Below, one piece after another: positions 39,152-48,431 of a stretch of 64,000 bases of DNA. The position numbers and the translations under genes are program-made. The notes under the pieces were generated by a model. That model did not search any database. It worked only from the letters and a program-made list of their open reading frames with translations, and was not told the DNA's origin. Source of the DNA: an uncultured Candidatus Saccharibacteria bacterium (GTDB lineage: Bacteria > Patescibacteriota > CALEFQ01); the NCBI GenBank assembly GCA_965230955.1, contig OZ246404.1, forward strand, positions 33,184 to 97,183. The letters run 5' to 3'. Each line of letters begins with the position of its first letter. Positions within the stretch are counted from its first letter, which is position 1.

Positions 39152-40078
39152 TTATTCCGGCTTTTTCGAAAGATTGAAGCCGAGTTGGAGCATCAGCTTT
39201 TCATCTTTGATCAAACGTTCAATCGCCAGGGCTAATTCTTTTTTGTCGTTTATATCTTTTACTTTTAGGCACGTTTTTTCATTGACCAATTGGGCGAAAA
39301 GAGGATAATCGGGAACCACTAATGATTTCAAATATGGCAGAACCGCGTTTAGATCGCTGGTATCGGTGGCCTTGGCCGCGTACGGGAAAACAATAATATC
39401 GGCCAGATTAATGATGTATTTCAAATTTTCCGGATCGGTAGTTTTGATAAAGCGGACATTGTCCAAAACATTTATTTCTTTGGCCAGTTTCTTTAGTTTG
39501 GGAACTTCGCCGTCGCCTTCGCCCCAGGTAGTGATTAATAGTCTAAGGTTGATATTGGGGCAAAGATTAACCAGTATTGGTAAAACGTCCAGCAATAGTG
39601 AAAACTGCTTATATTTTTCTGGCTTGCCGTAGAGAAGCAGGACTCGATCGGTGGCGTTTATTTTCAGTTTTTCGCGGAAACGTTTGGCATAATCTTGTTC
39701 GATGTGCGGGGGTTCTTGTCCGAATTCCAGCGGCTGAATTGACGGCTGTTTGGGGCGAAAGATCAGCGCCAAAGCGACCAGTCCGGCAAAAACGATAATA
39801 TTAATCCAGAAAACCAGCCAGAAAGTTTGACCGGCCTGATTGATAAAATTGACCAAGAGCATCAAGATAGAGAAGAGGAAGCCGTAGCCCATGGCTTTCT
39901 TTTCGAATTCCTTGGCGCGCCAAGCCACGAAAAGACCGAGGAGCAGAGCGATGTAGCAGATATACAAAAAGACCGAAAGGTTTTCGGTGAATATTGCCCT
40001 GGCGCTGAGCAGAACATCGAAGAAAATCACGAATGAGGCCAGAGTGTAGATTAGATAGTTGCGGGTGCTTCTTTCCAT
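39152..40078 (-). CDS. membrane protein: N-terminal four-TM domain fused to a GT4-like (Glycos_transf_1 C-terminal half) domain
   Basis: hydrophobic N-terminal 120 aa; C-terminal pattern LLLYGKPEKYK...VFPYAAKATDTSDLNAVLPYLKSLVVP resembles the GT-B C-terminal half. Confidence 0.45.
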   Translation of the reverse strand: MERSTRNYLIYTLASFVIFFDVLLSARAIFTENLSVFLYICYIALLLGLFVAWRAKEFEKKAMGYGFLFSILMLLVNFINQAGQTFWLVFWINIIVFAGLVALALIFRPKQPSIQPLEFGQEPPHIEQDYAKRFREKLKINATDRVLLLYGKPEKYKQFSLLLDVLPILVNLCPNINLRLLITTWGEGDGEVPKLKKLAKEINVLDNVRFIKTTDPENLKYIINLADIIVFPYAAKATDTSDLNAVLPYLKSLVVPDYPLFAQLVNEKTCLKVKDINDKKELALAIERLIKDEKLMLQLGFNLSKKPE

Positions 40079-40126
40079 ATGAACAAGGTATCCTAATGGA
40101 GAATGCTGAAATAGTCAAGCGCCGAA

Positions 40127-40190
40127 GCAGGTAACAAGTAACAGGTAACAAATTGGAAAGACTTTTCCTTTTTGATACCTGTTACTTAAA
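40127..40190. repeat. family F3 inverted repeat (imperfect)
   Basis: CAGGTAACAAGTAACAGGTAACAAATTGGAAAGACTTTTCCTTTTTGATACCTGTTACTT. Confidence 0.7.
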
Positions 40191-40263
40191 TTATAACCTG
40201 GCCAGGATATAGTTTTTATGCTATAATAATAAAGTTGTTTAATTAACACTAAAAACAAAACAA

Positions 40264-40830
40264 ATGGAACTTGATGATGTCTTCCATCTTAGTCCCAGCT
40301 CAGTGATCCTACGCGGGATTATTGCCATCTTGTTTGGCATCCTGTTTATGGTCTGGCCGGGAATTACCCTGGAAGTTATCGTTCTCCTGTGTGCGGCTTT
40401 TGCTTTGATCGATGGTGTGATCATTGTGATCATGGCTTTTGCGGCCAAGCGACATTGGGCCAAGATGGTCCCGCTAGGAATAGTCGGAATTATATTAGGT
40501 ATTTTGATTCTGGTCTGGCCGGGCATGTCGATTCTGGTTTTGATCATGCTCGTTGCCGCTTGGGCGATCATTTCCGGTTTGGGCCAGTTGATCTCGGTCT
40601 GGGCCGTTAAAATTTTGTCGAACGGTGCCAAGTGGCTCTATGCCATCTCGGGAATTCTTTCAATCATTCTCGGGGTAATCCTGTTTGTCTATCCGGTAGC
40701 CACGACCATGATTTTCATCTGGATTTTTGGCCTCTATGCGGTGGTCTTTGGTATCGTGATGCTGATGTCCGGCATCTGGATGAACAGTTTGATGAAAAAG
40801 AGCGGTTCATCTATGACTAAAACGGCGTAA
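40264..40830 (+). CDS. HdeD/DUF308-family membrane protein
   Basis: six TM helices with repeated GxxxxxGIL... DUF308-type repeats. Confidence 0.6.
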   Translation: MELDDVFHLSPSSVILRGIIAILFGILFMVWPGITLEVIVLLCAAFALIDGVIIVIMAFAAKRHWAKMVPLGIVGIILGILILVWPGMSILVLIMLVAAWAIISGLGQLISVWAVKILSNGAKWLYAISGILSIILGVILFVYPVATTMIFIWIFGLYAVVFGIVMLMSGIWMNSLMKKSGSSMTKTA

Positions 40831-40842
40831 GATATAGCGAGT

Positions 40843-40877
40843 AAAAAAGCAGCTGCGTCGAACAGCTGCTTTTTGTT
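40843..40877. terminator. bidirectional terminator AAAAAAGCAGCTGCGTCGAACAGCTGCTTTTTGTTTG
   Basis: hairpin plus T-run. Confidence 0.8.
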
Positions 40878-40911
40878 TGTATCAAATCTATTTGCCCGGA
40901 CTTTTATTTTG

Positions 40912-41574
40912 CTAATCTTTTTGTTTGAATATTTTTTGGGAAACACCGATGGCCGGGTGGGTTTGCCAATTAAAAGTATAGGAGAGCATTCGGATAGCTA
41001 CCGAGACGGCGATGCCGGTAATAGCGGCTATCTGGGCGGGCAGCCCGGTCCAAATGCTAAGGGCAAAGAAAATAATAATTCCGGCCAGGGCGGCGGTGAT
41101 ATAGTATTGTCCGGGTTTAAGAAGCAGAGGTTCATTTTTGGTGAAAATATCGCGCAGAAATCCGCCGCTGACGGCGCCGATCAGGCCGATAAATATGGCG
41201 GCTAGAATGTTTAAATCAGCGCTAATCGCCATTTGGGCGGAAATAATCCCGAATATTCCGAGGCCGAGTGCGTCAATTACGACAAATAGAGTGGTGATTT
41301 TTTTTATGTAATTTACAAAAAATATAGTGATTATCGAGGCGGCAAGAATAGCGACAAGATACGGCCATTCCTCTATCATGACGGGAACTTTGGCTAGAAA
41401 AACTCCGTCGCGGATGATGGCGCCGCTGGCACCGGTGATAAAAGCCATCATGAATACGCCGGCAAAATCATATTTCCTTTCCATGGCGCTGATGGCGCCG
41501 GTAATCGCCAGTAGAAAGACAGCGAATACTTGTAAGAGAAAAGGGAGTTCAAATTGGCCTTGTAGGATTTCCAT
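40912..41574 (-). CDS. UPF0126 (TRIC-like/YadS-type) membrane protein with two GxxGGxxRD repeats
   Basis: GASGAIIRD and GAVSGGFLRD in two homologous halves. Confidence 0.65.
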   Translation of the reverse strand: MEILQGQFELPFLLQVFAVFLLAITGAISAMERKYDFAGVFMMAFITGASGAIIRDGVFLAKVPVMIEEWPYLVAILAASIITIFFVNYIKKITTLFVVIDALGLGIFGIISAQMAISADLNILAAIFIGLIGAVSGGFLRDIFTKNEPLLLKPGQYYITAALAGIIIFFALSIWTGLPAQIAAITGIAVSVAIRMLSYTFNWQTHPAIGVSQKIFKQKD

Positions 41575-41723
41575 AGCTATGAGATTAATTATCACCTATT
41601 ATTTTAGCAAAAAACAGTCCATTATTCTATCATTTGCGGGTCGATATTTTAGTTTTATTATTTTTGTGCTATAATATATAAACATAGTTAAAATCTGCCG
41701 GAGGGGCGGAAACTAAAAAACAA

Positions 41724-44033
41724 ATGAAAAAGGTAACTTTTTGGGCGGCCTTGGCTGTTGCTACCATAGCAATTTTTGCTTTTGGTGCAGGCAATGCGCA
41801 TGCCCTGACCTGGGAGCAGATTAACATCAGCGGATTTGCTAGTACCACCCAGCGGCTGATTCTAGCCCCTACGACACAGTGGGGCGATTACCTCTACGCC
41901 GGCACTGGTGGCACGACTGCTGATGGCAATCCGGCCAATGTCTGGCGTACCAGCAACGGAACGGACTGGACTCAAGTCACCACCAATGGATTTGGCGATG
42001 CCAACAACAATTGGGTAGGTGGCATAATCATCTTCCGAGGTGATCTTTATGTGAAAGTTAATAATCTTATCACCGGCGTGGAAATTTGGCGCACCCGCAA
42101 TGGCACCAGTTGGGAACAGGTTAATAGTGACGGTTTTGGATCAGCTACCAATAATGGCGAGAGTTTCGGGATGGAAGTATTTAATGACAAATTATATGTT
42201 ACCACCGCAGCTTTTGGCGGAGGCTCTGCGGGGCTTTGGCATACCGAAAACGGGACCACTTGGGTGCAAGATGATATTTCAGAAATAACAGGAGCCGGGA
42301 ATCTGAATATTTATTGTCTTTTAAATTACAATGGAACTCTCTATGGCGGAACTTATCGAAACTCAGGCGCACAGATTTGGAAATCAACAGATGGCTCGAC
42401 TTGGACGAGCTTAATGACAGATGGTTTTGGTGATAGCAATAATGATGCTATTCTGCCAATTTTCCATTTCAAAGACTATTTCTATTCTCTAGTTTTCAAT
42501 TCAGTGACTGGTGTGGAAGTCTGGCGCTCAGTCGATGCCGTGACCTGGGCACGGGCTAATAGTGATGGATTTGGCGCCACAGGTACTGATTTCCCTTCGC
42601 CTTTTCCGGCTGCAGCTAAGGGGACGCTATATGTTGGTCTGCGTAACATGACTAATGGGGCTCCGATTATGCGCTCAACTGATGGTTTAAATTGGGAGAC
42701 GGAGCTGGCTGCCGGCGGCGGTAATATCAAAAATCAAGCGTCTTATAGTATAACTTTTTTTCAGGGACGCCTCTATGTTGGTTTTAGTACTTTTAGTGCT
42801 GGAACTAACTATGCTCAGATCTGGCGTTCGGAAGAAATTCCTACGTTAGAGATTGATAATTCTTCTTTGGATGAAGCGTTTGTGGGGCAGGACTATAGTC
42901 AGACGCTGACGACTAAAAATGGGACAGAGCCCTATACTTGGGAAATATCAGCCGGTACTTTACCAGCAGGATTGACCCTGGATAGTAGCACTGGCGTAAT
43001 TTCCGGCAAGCCAGAGGGAGTCGGATCAGAGGAAATTACTGTCAGGGTAACTGATGGCGGTATGCCGGCACAGACGGCAGAAAAAACATTTTCAATATTC
43101 CCAAGTTCAATTATCACTGGCACAGGTATTGGCAGTAAAGCGCATGTGCGGGTATTGACGCCTGCCGGTGCGGTGGAATCTCAGCCTCGTTCTCTTTTCG
43201 CGTATAGTCCCTCTTATCGTAGCGGTGTCAATATCGCTTCCGGGGACGTTAATGGTGATGGGCTGGATGAAATAATCACAGCTCCTCGTATCGGAGGAGC
43301 TCCTTGGGTACGTGTATTTTCTAAAGAAGGACGGGCGATTGGCGCTGGTTTAAAACCTTACAACAATGACATGACGGCAGGCATTGATGTAGCCGCGGCG
43401 GATGTAAACGGTGACGGTAAAGACGAAATAATTGTTGTGCCAGAGATGGCGGAAAAGACCACCGTAAAAGTTTACCAATATAATGCGGCTAAGGCCAAGA
43501 TAGGACAGTGGAATGCTTTCGGTAGCGTTTATTGCGGCGCGCACGTGGCCGCCGGTGATTTGGACGGTGATCAAAAAGCGGAAGTAATTGTTAGTGCGAA
43601 TTCTGGCAATGTTCCGGCTGTGCGTGTTTATCGCTATGATGGTAAGTCCAAAGGTACGACCTATATGGCTTTTGAAAAAACTTATCAAGGTGGTGTAGAT
43701 GTGGCGGCGGGCGATGTGAATGGTGATGGCAAAGCGGAGCTCGGTGTTAGTAAGCTGCTCGGACAATCGGTGACCAAGGTAGTCAAATGGAATAAAACAT
43801 TCACCGCCATCGGACGTTGGGATAGTTATCCTAGATCAGCAATTGGCGCACGTTTGGCGATGGGCGATATTGATCGAGATAGTCTGGCGGAAGTCGTGAC
43901 TATGGCGAACTACGGCGGAAGTCCGCAAGTGCGCGGCTACGAAGCAACCGGCAAGTTTATCACCACGACCAATTTCTTTGCCTATGCAAAAACGCTACAT
44001 AATGGTGGTGACATCGCAATCGGAGATTTCTAA
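41724..44033 (+). CDS. 769-aa secreted protein: signal peptide, W/NGT-rich propeller-like repeats, putative Ig-like domain, C-terminal FG-GAP/VCBS-like repeats
   Basis: MKKVTFWAALAVATIAIFAFGAGNAHA signal; repeated DVNGDGxDEI, GDLDGDQKAEV calcium-binding FG-GAP-like motifs. Confidence 0.7.
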   Translation: MKKVTFWAALAVATIAIFAFGAGNAHALTWEQINISGFASTTQRLILAPTTQWGDYLYAGTGGTTADGNPANVWRTSNGTDWTQVTTNGFGDANNNWVGGIIIFRGDLYVKVNNLITGVEIWRTRNGTSWEQVNSDGFGSATNNGESFGMEVFNDKLYVTTAAFGGGSAGLWHTENGTTWVQDDISEITGAGNLNIYCLLNYNGTLYGGTYRNSGAQIWKSTDGSTWTSLMTDGFGDSNNDAILPIFHFKDYFYSLVFNSVTGVEVWRSVDAVTWARANSDGFGATGTDFPSPFPAAAKGTLYVGLRNMTNGAPIMRSTDGLNWETELAAGGGNIKNQASYSITFFQGRLYVGFSTFSAGTNYAQIWRSEEIPTLEIDNSSLDEAFVGQDYSQTLTTKNGTEPYTWEISAGTLPAGLTLDSSTGVISGKPEGVGSEEITVRVTDGGMPAQTAEKTFSIFPSSIITGTGIGSKAHVRVLTPAGAVESQPRSLFAYSPSYRSGVNIASGDVNGDGLDEIITAPRIGGAPWVRVFSKEGRAIGAGLKPYNNDMTAGIDVAAADVNGDGKDEIIVVPEMAEKTTVKVYQYNAAKAKIGQWNAFGSVYCGAHVAAGDLDGDQKAEVIVSANSGNVPAVRVYRYDGKSKGTTYMAFEKTYQGGVDVAAGDVNGDGKAELGVSKLLGQSVTKVVKWNKTFTAIGRWDSYPRSAIGARLAMGDIDRDSLAEVVTMANYGGSPQVRGYEATGKFITTTNFFAYAKTLHNGGDIAIGDF

Positions 44034-44068
44034 CTAGGCATATCAGTGATAGATAGAAAAATCGCTTT

Positions 44069-44140
44069 GCTGACTCGGCGGGCGGTTTTTCTCATAACAA
44101 AAAAACCGCTATCCTTCGATTTGGCGGAGCGGTATTTTTA
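44069..44140. terminator. two terminator hairpins (CGGCGGGCGGTTTTTCTC; AACCGCTATCC..GGCGGAGCGGT-ATTTTT)
   Basis: hairpins plus T-runs. Confidence 0.6.
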
Positions 44141-44206
44141 CTGGCCTGCCAAACGACCTTAGGTCATTGTCGGCCGAAGCCATGAGCGTTAGCGATTGGC
44201 GTAGGT

Positions 44207-44280
44207 TGGAGCGGGTAACGGGATTCGAACCCGTGTGTCTAGCTTGGAAGGCTAGCGCACTACCACTGTGCTATACCCGC
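44207..44280 (-). tRNA. tRNA-Gly (anticodon TCC)
   Basis: GCGGGTA..GCAC AGTGGTA GTGC..loop CT-TCC-AA..CGGGTTCGAATCCCG..TACCCGC-T-CCA. Confidence 0.9.
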
Positions 44281-44285
44281 GGAAT

Positions 44286-44316
44286 AAGTAAAAAGTCAAA
44301 AATCAAAAGTCAAAAG
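44286..44316. repeat. family F1 half-element (single arm, identical 31-mer to 31355-31385)
   Basis: AAGTAAAAAGTCAAAAATCAAAAGTCAAAAG without a partner arm. Confidence 0.8.
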
Positions 44317-44430
44317 CAGCGGGAAATGACATTGACAGTAAATAGAATAGCATAACAGACGAGTCTGGCAAGATGAAAAAACGCCTGCCGATATGGTGGT
44401 CAGCAGGCGTCGTGTCGTTTGCGATGATTT

Positions 44431-45003
44431 TCAATGGTGCCAAGTAAAAGGCAGAAATGTTGCCAGTTCCTGGAGCTGTATTACCTCGAAATGCTGTAGA
44501 TGAGTCATGCATGGTGTTTCTGTTGAGTAACCCCAGAAGGTGATCCCGAACTGGTATTGTTCGGACCATGGGCTAGTGTACGCCGGACGATTTCGCTCAT
44601 GCCAGTTGTAAAGATCTCTGCCGCAGAACGAAACTCGCAAGTTAGGATCGCCTTCTTCCAGAAGTTCCTTAATTCTGGCCGGAATGACCAAGGGAATCAG
44701 TGTCCATTCCGATCTTTGTTCTGCTGGGATCTGAGACTCGATCGTCTCGACCGCTTCGCGAAATATGAATATCAGCGGTTTGGAGTAGATCGGACGCAGG
44801 CGGCTTTGCGGATCAGCCAACGTTAGGGGCAAGGCCTTGGCCAGAGGCGGAGTCGCGGCTACAAGATCCAGAAACCCTTGTTCATCCAGACGATCCGGCA
44901 GGGTCAATGGCGCATAGAGCGATTTGATTTCCTGAAAGATTTGTAATACCCATGGCAAATCGCAGGAAGCAATTGCCAGGGTGACCTGGTGGTTTTCAGA
45001 CAT
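44431..45003 (-). CDS. 190-aa hypothetical protein driven by a consensus promoter
   Basis: minus-strand TTGACA-17-TATAAT at 45060-45088 and TTAGGAGGAGG RBS. Confidence 0.55.
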   Translation of the reverse strand: MSENHQVTLAIASCDLPWVLQIFQEIKSLYAPLTLPDRLDEQGFLDLVAATPPLAKALPLTLADPQSRLRPIYSKPLIFIFREAVETIESQIPAEQRSEWTLIPLVIPARIKELLEEGDPNLRVSFCGRDLYNWHERNRPAYTSPWSEQYQFGITFWGYSTETPCMTHLQHFEVIQLQELATFLPFTWHH

Positions 45004-45059
45004 TCAGTATCCTCCTCCTAAGTAGTTGTCTAAGAACATCAGCAAACGACACGGCCTAC

Positions 45060-45088
45060 ATTATAGGCTATGTAATCGTTCTTGTCAA
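45060..45088 (-). promoter_or_regulatory. perfect sigma70-consensus promoter TTGACA-17-TATAAT
   Basis: both hexamers read on the minus strand. Confidence 0.6.
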
Positions 45089-45119
45089 TCCAAAATAAAA
45101 CCGCCAAAGGAGTTGGCGG

Positions 45120-45416
45120 TTAGCTGGGGAAAATGATGAAGAAGTAATCCGTTCCATCGAAAACCTCGGTGAGATAAATTTTCGGTTCAGCCCAGAAATA
45201 TACGCTGATTCGGAAATCATCGCAAGTTTTTACCGGTGAACCAAAGTAATGGTCAAGATTTTGGAATACTTGTTCCCATTGCTCTTTTTGACCTTCCAGA
45301 AAATGAGCGGATACTTGGTCGGCCGGAAGATCTCCGATGAATCCGGTGACTTTCCGTAGCCGGAAGATGGTTGCGAATGATTGCTCGATCATTTGCAATA
45401 ATTGCTGGTCTCTCAT
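45120..45416 (-). CDS. about 98-aa hypothetical protein (MRDQQLLQMIEQSF...); start set at the Met following GGAGGAAGG
   Basis: RBS; terminator hairpin CCGCCAAAGGAGTTGGCGG at its stop. Confidence 0.45.
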   Translation of the reverse strand: MRDQQLLQMIEQSFATIFRLRKVTGFIGDLPADQVSAHFLEGQKEQWEQVFQNLDHYFGSPVKTCDDFRISVYFWAEPKIYLTEVFDGTDYFFIIFPS

Positions 45417-45556
45417 AATACCTTCCTCCTTTCGACCAAACACCATATCATATTGTAAGGGGAAAGTCAATAGGGGGCAATAACGAAGATCATTCACGGG
45501 TTTCGAACTATCATATTCGTAATGCTTCTTTCGTGATTTTTCGTGGATTTTATATA

Positions 45557-45588
45557 AACACCGTCAGCGGACGGTGTTTTACTTTGGG
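45557..45588. terminator. bidirectional terminator AAACACCGTCAGCGGACGGTGTTTTAC
   Basis: 10-bp stem. Confidence 0.8.
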
Positions 45589-45592
45589 GAAA

Positions 45593-46573
45593 CTATTTCA
45601 AGAGCCATGTTGCGATGGTGAAATAGATGGTGATACTGATGACATTTTGTAAAATGGTGGCGATCGGTCCGCTGGCGTTGGCCGGATCAAGTTTTAACTT
45701 TCGACAGATGAAAGGAATCAATAAGCCGGTCAGGACCGAAGAATTGATGGCGATGAAAAGGGCCAAAGCCAGGACGCTAGTGATAGCGATATTTTGATAG
45801 ATGATAAATCCAACGGCGAAAAAGGCGGCACTGGCTAGGATGGCGATCAACAATACTATTGAGTATTGGCGCCAGAAGTATTTGGCAAAATTGATTTTTT
45901 GGTGTACCGCGAAATCGCGTACGGCGAAGGCTTCCATCTGGGTTCCCACCGCATCGCTCATGTATACGATCAAGGGGATGAAAGCGGCCAGAATCAGGTT
46001 TTCTTCCAGAGTAATTTTGAAACCTTCGATTAATTCGGCAACCAAAATACCGCCGACCAGCCCGATCAATAGCCACGGTAGGCGATGCCAGAGTGATTTG
46101 CCGACTGAAATTTTGAAAATATCGTCGTAAGTGGCCTGTACGGGGTGGATACCGGCGAGGCGTAAGATATCTTCGCGTCCTTCGCGCTCGAGGGTGCCAA
46201 GCAGTGTATCGGGTAAAATTGCGCCTAAAAATTTGCCGTCGGTGTCGATCACCGGTAAGTGATGGAGCCGATTGGTGACCGCCAAATGAGCGACAAACTC
46301 TTGGCTATCATCAGGTTTGACTGATAGCAATGGATGATCCATTAATATTTCAGCGACAGATTTTTCGGCCGGATGGCGATAGAGATCCTTGATGGATAGT
46401 ACGTTGACCAAATGACGGCTGTCGTCAACGACATAAATAAAACTGATCGATTCGAATTTCCCGATATTTTGCTGGAGATGCCGGGTGACGGTACCGACCT
46501 GTTCGGTCGGTGAGATGATCGGAATCCGATCGGTCATGATCTCTCGCGCGAGAGGTTTTTTGTTTCGGGACAT
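45593..46573 (-). CDS. mgtE: MgtE-type Mg2+ transporter lacking the N-terminal domain (CBS pair plus MgtE TM domain)
   Basis: CBS-like segments, then RLPWLLIGLVGGILVAELIEGF MgtE TM region. Confidence 0.75.
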   Translation of the reverse strand: MSRNKKPLAREIMTDRIPIISPTEQVGTVTRHLQQNIGKFESISFIYVVDDSRHLVNVLSIKDLYRHPAEKSVAEILMDHPLLSVKPDDSQEFVAHLAVTNRLHHLPVIDTDGKFLGAILPDTLLGTLEREGREDILRLAGIHPVQATYDDIFKISVGKSLWHRLPWLLIGLVGGILVAELIEGFKITLEENLILAAFIPLIVYMSDAVGTQMEAFAVRDFAVHQKINFAKYFWRQYSIVLLIAILASAAFFAVGFIIYQNIAITSVLALALFIAINSSVLTGLLIPFICRKLKLDPANASGPIATILQNVISITIYFTIATWLLK

Positions 46574-46659
46574 AAAATAATTAATAATTCAGAATTCAAA
46601 ATGCAAAATCATTTTTTACGCTACCGGGATAATCAAATTTGAAACAGATATAGGCAAAA

Positions 46660-46735
46660 TTGGGTGGAAAAAGGGAGGGGCAAGCCTGAAGGCTCACGAC
46701 CTTGCTTGCGCAAGCCCCGTGGTCGTTTTTTTTCG
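46660..46735. repeat. element A: GGTGGAAAAAGGGAGGGG plus hairpin with GCTTGCGCAAGC core plus T8; second copy at 48612
   Basis: about 85% identical to 48612-48690. Confidence 0.75.
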
Positions 46736-46737
46736 AA

Positions 46738-46989
46738 TCAGCGAAAACGATAATAAAGACGAGCACCGGCTTCGACAATCAGAGTGAAACCAAGCAGAGA
46801 TATAAGACAGTAAGTGATGAAGCCAGACACCATTCCATGCGTGATTTGCCAATGAATTCCCCCTATCACCAATATTGCCGAGATCAGCAACACAAGTGCC
46901 GGCGGATACATGACTATCTCATGTATAGGTATCCATTTATCCAAGCATTTCTCCAAGAATCCCTTCTGAAGTTCCATGGCTTCTTTCAT
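46738..46989 (-). CDS. 83-aa two-TM membrane protein
   Basis: ORF with two hydrophobic helices. Confidence 0.4.
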   Translation of the reverse strand: MKEAMELQKGFLEKCLDKWIPIHEIVMYPPALVLLISAILVIGGIHWQITHGMVSGFITYCLISLLGFTLIVEAGARLYYRFR

Positions 46990-47032
46990 AATTCCCTCCT
47001 ACGGGTTGGGGTTGACTCTTAAAAGTAAGGAA

Positions 47033-47090
47033 CAAATATTGATATCTCCAAAAAGATCTGGACGAATTCAAGCGAATCTTTTAATCGTAT
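47033..47090 (+). pseudogene. degenerate 5' fragment of the small acidic-protein gene (family with 47702 and 49019)
   Basis: GAACAAATATTGATATCTCCAAAAAGATCTGGACGAATTCAAGCGAATCTTTT versus 49011-49070; ATG to TTG and a 1-nt deletion. Confidence 0.55.
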
Positions 47091-47350
47091 TATAGGATCG
47101 GTTTGCCATACTTAATTAAATTTTCTTTCTTCTCTCGTCGCCAGTCTTTAATCTGATTCTCGCGCAATTTTGCCTTCGTGAATTCAGGCCAAACTTCAAA
47201 ATAAACTAGTTTCACGGGTCTTCTATTCTTAGTATACAAACATCCGTTACCAGATCGATGCTCTCTTACTCGTTTTTTAAAACTCGAAGTAAAGCCGGCA
47301 TAAAGTTCGTTGTTCTTACATTTCAGAATGTAAACAAAATATCTCTTCAT
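47090..47350 (-). CDS. GIY-YIG nuclease superfamily protein (YhbQ/UPF0213-like)
   Basis: YFVYILKC...LYAGFTSS...R..EH GIY-YIG motif. Confidence 0.7.
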   Translation of the reverse strand: MKRYFVYILKCKNNELYAGFTSSFKKRVREHRSGNGCLYTKNRRPVKLVYFEVWPEFTKAKLRENQIKDWRREKKENLIKYGKPIL

Positions 47351-47477
47351 ACCCTCCTCGCGATTTAACACTTGCCCTTCGATTCGCCCTTCACCTCGTT
47401 CAGGGCTCTCTCATGGCAGCACTCTCCAAGCTCGGATTAAGGCTAACTGAATAAGCAGCAGCCCCAGCCCGAGCTTG

Positions 47478-47660
47478 TCGAGGGCTGGTCGGCCACAGTG
47501 AACGATGTTCTGAACTTTTTTATGAATTGCGAGGGCAATTTCCATATCCCAATACTGCCCCCGGAATCTGTAAAAAAGGAACTATTGGTGGCCGCAGAAT
47601 CATGATATCAGGTGTGAAATAACTATCAATGAAGATTTTGTGTGAAAGCACAAAATCTGG
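47478..47660. repeat. repeat unit R1 (TGGTCGGCCAC...ATCAGGTGTGAAATAACTATCAATGAAGATTTTGTGTGAAAGCACAAAATC)
   Basis: ends match 48447-48625; contains the operator-like palindrome at 47637. Confidence 0.75.
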
Positions 47661-47701
47661 TGGAAATTTCAATCAATGCTTATCCCGCTAACTTCACAAC
47701 T

Positions 47702-47851
47702 ATGGATATCTCCAAAAAAGATCTAGATGAATTCAAGCGAATCTTTAAGAAAGATTATGGCGAAGAGCTATCGGACGAGGAAGCGTACAGAATTGCTTGC
47801 AAGCTGATTACACTGTTTAAGGCCATTTATAGGCCGATACCAAGGGATTAG
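47702..47851 (+). CDS. 49-aa acidic helical protein MDISKKDLDEFKRIFKKDYGEELSDEEAYRIACKLITLFKAIYRPIPRD (copy 1)
   Basis: 92% identical over the shared region to 49019-49180. Confidence 0.55.
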   Translation: MDISKKDLDEFKRIFKKDYGEELSDEEAYRIACKLITLFKAIYRPIPRD

Positions 47852-48414
47852 GAAATCAATGCAGAAACATCGTGTAAAAGAAGCAGCGGATCACCATAAT
47901 TTAGAAAAAAATCCTTTTCTCGTAAGTTTTCTCTGAAGATTCTCTTTCCTTGCAAGGCTGGTGTGATAGCTAATCCTTTCCATTCAGCTTTGTGCTTTGG
48001 TTCTCGAACATCAAACTTGAATTTATTGCCGTGAAAACCACCATTTCTAATATGATAAAAGAATTCTAGCACAGGATCTCTGGGCCGTGTTCCCAAGAGA
48101 TTATTAATCCTCAATACTTCCCAGCAATGTCCTAATAACACTTGGGATTGCCTACTCAGTATACTAATATGATCATACGAGCCATCAATAATAGGTTTTA
48201 TGGCATTTCTTACAGAAAAACTAAATTGCGAGCCATTTCCATCTGGCATTAAAGGAGTTGATTTGAGCGCCATTCTGTCATTTATTCCTCTACTGATGAT
48301 GTTTTCAAACTCAGACGGCTTCACAACTTGCCAACAAGTAACACTTGCCATGACTTTAGTATGATCTTTGACAAAAGGCTCAATTAAATAGTGGTATTTG
48401 AGGTCGAAATGCAT
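47848..48414 (-). CDS. 188-aa hypothetical protein with R-x4-H (HEPN-like) motif FYHIRNGGFHG
   Basis: ORF; motif seen; no other signature. Confidence 0.45.
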   Translation of the reverse strand: MHFDLKYHYLIEPFVKDHTKVMASVTCWQVVKPSEFENIISRGINDRMALKSTPLMPDGNGSQFSFSVRNAIKPIIDGSYDHISILSRQSQVLLGHCWEVLRINNLLGTRPRDPVLEFFYHIRNGGFHGNKFKFDVREPKHKAEWKGLAITPALQGKRIFRENLREKDFFLNYGDPLLLLHDVSALIS

Positions 48415-48431
48415 TATTTGTCAAATATATT

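Noticed and set aside
39801-40151. ORF-track protein MLPVTCYLLRRL... and the MLPVTCYMLYQRF N-terminus of the kinase ORF
   Set aside because: MLPVTCY is the translation of the F3 palindrome arm (GTAACAGGTAACAAGTAACAT). The ORF is antisense to the glycosyltransferase-like gene and has no RBS.
44167-44355. 62-aa ORF
   Set aside because: It overlaps tRNA-Gly and an F1 repeat arm.
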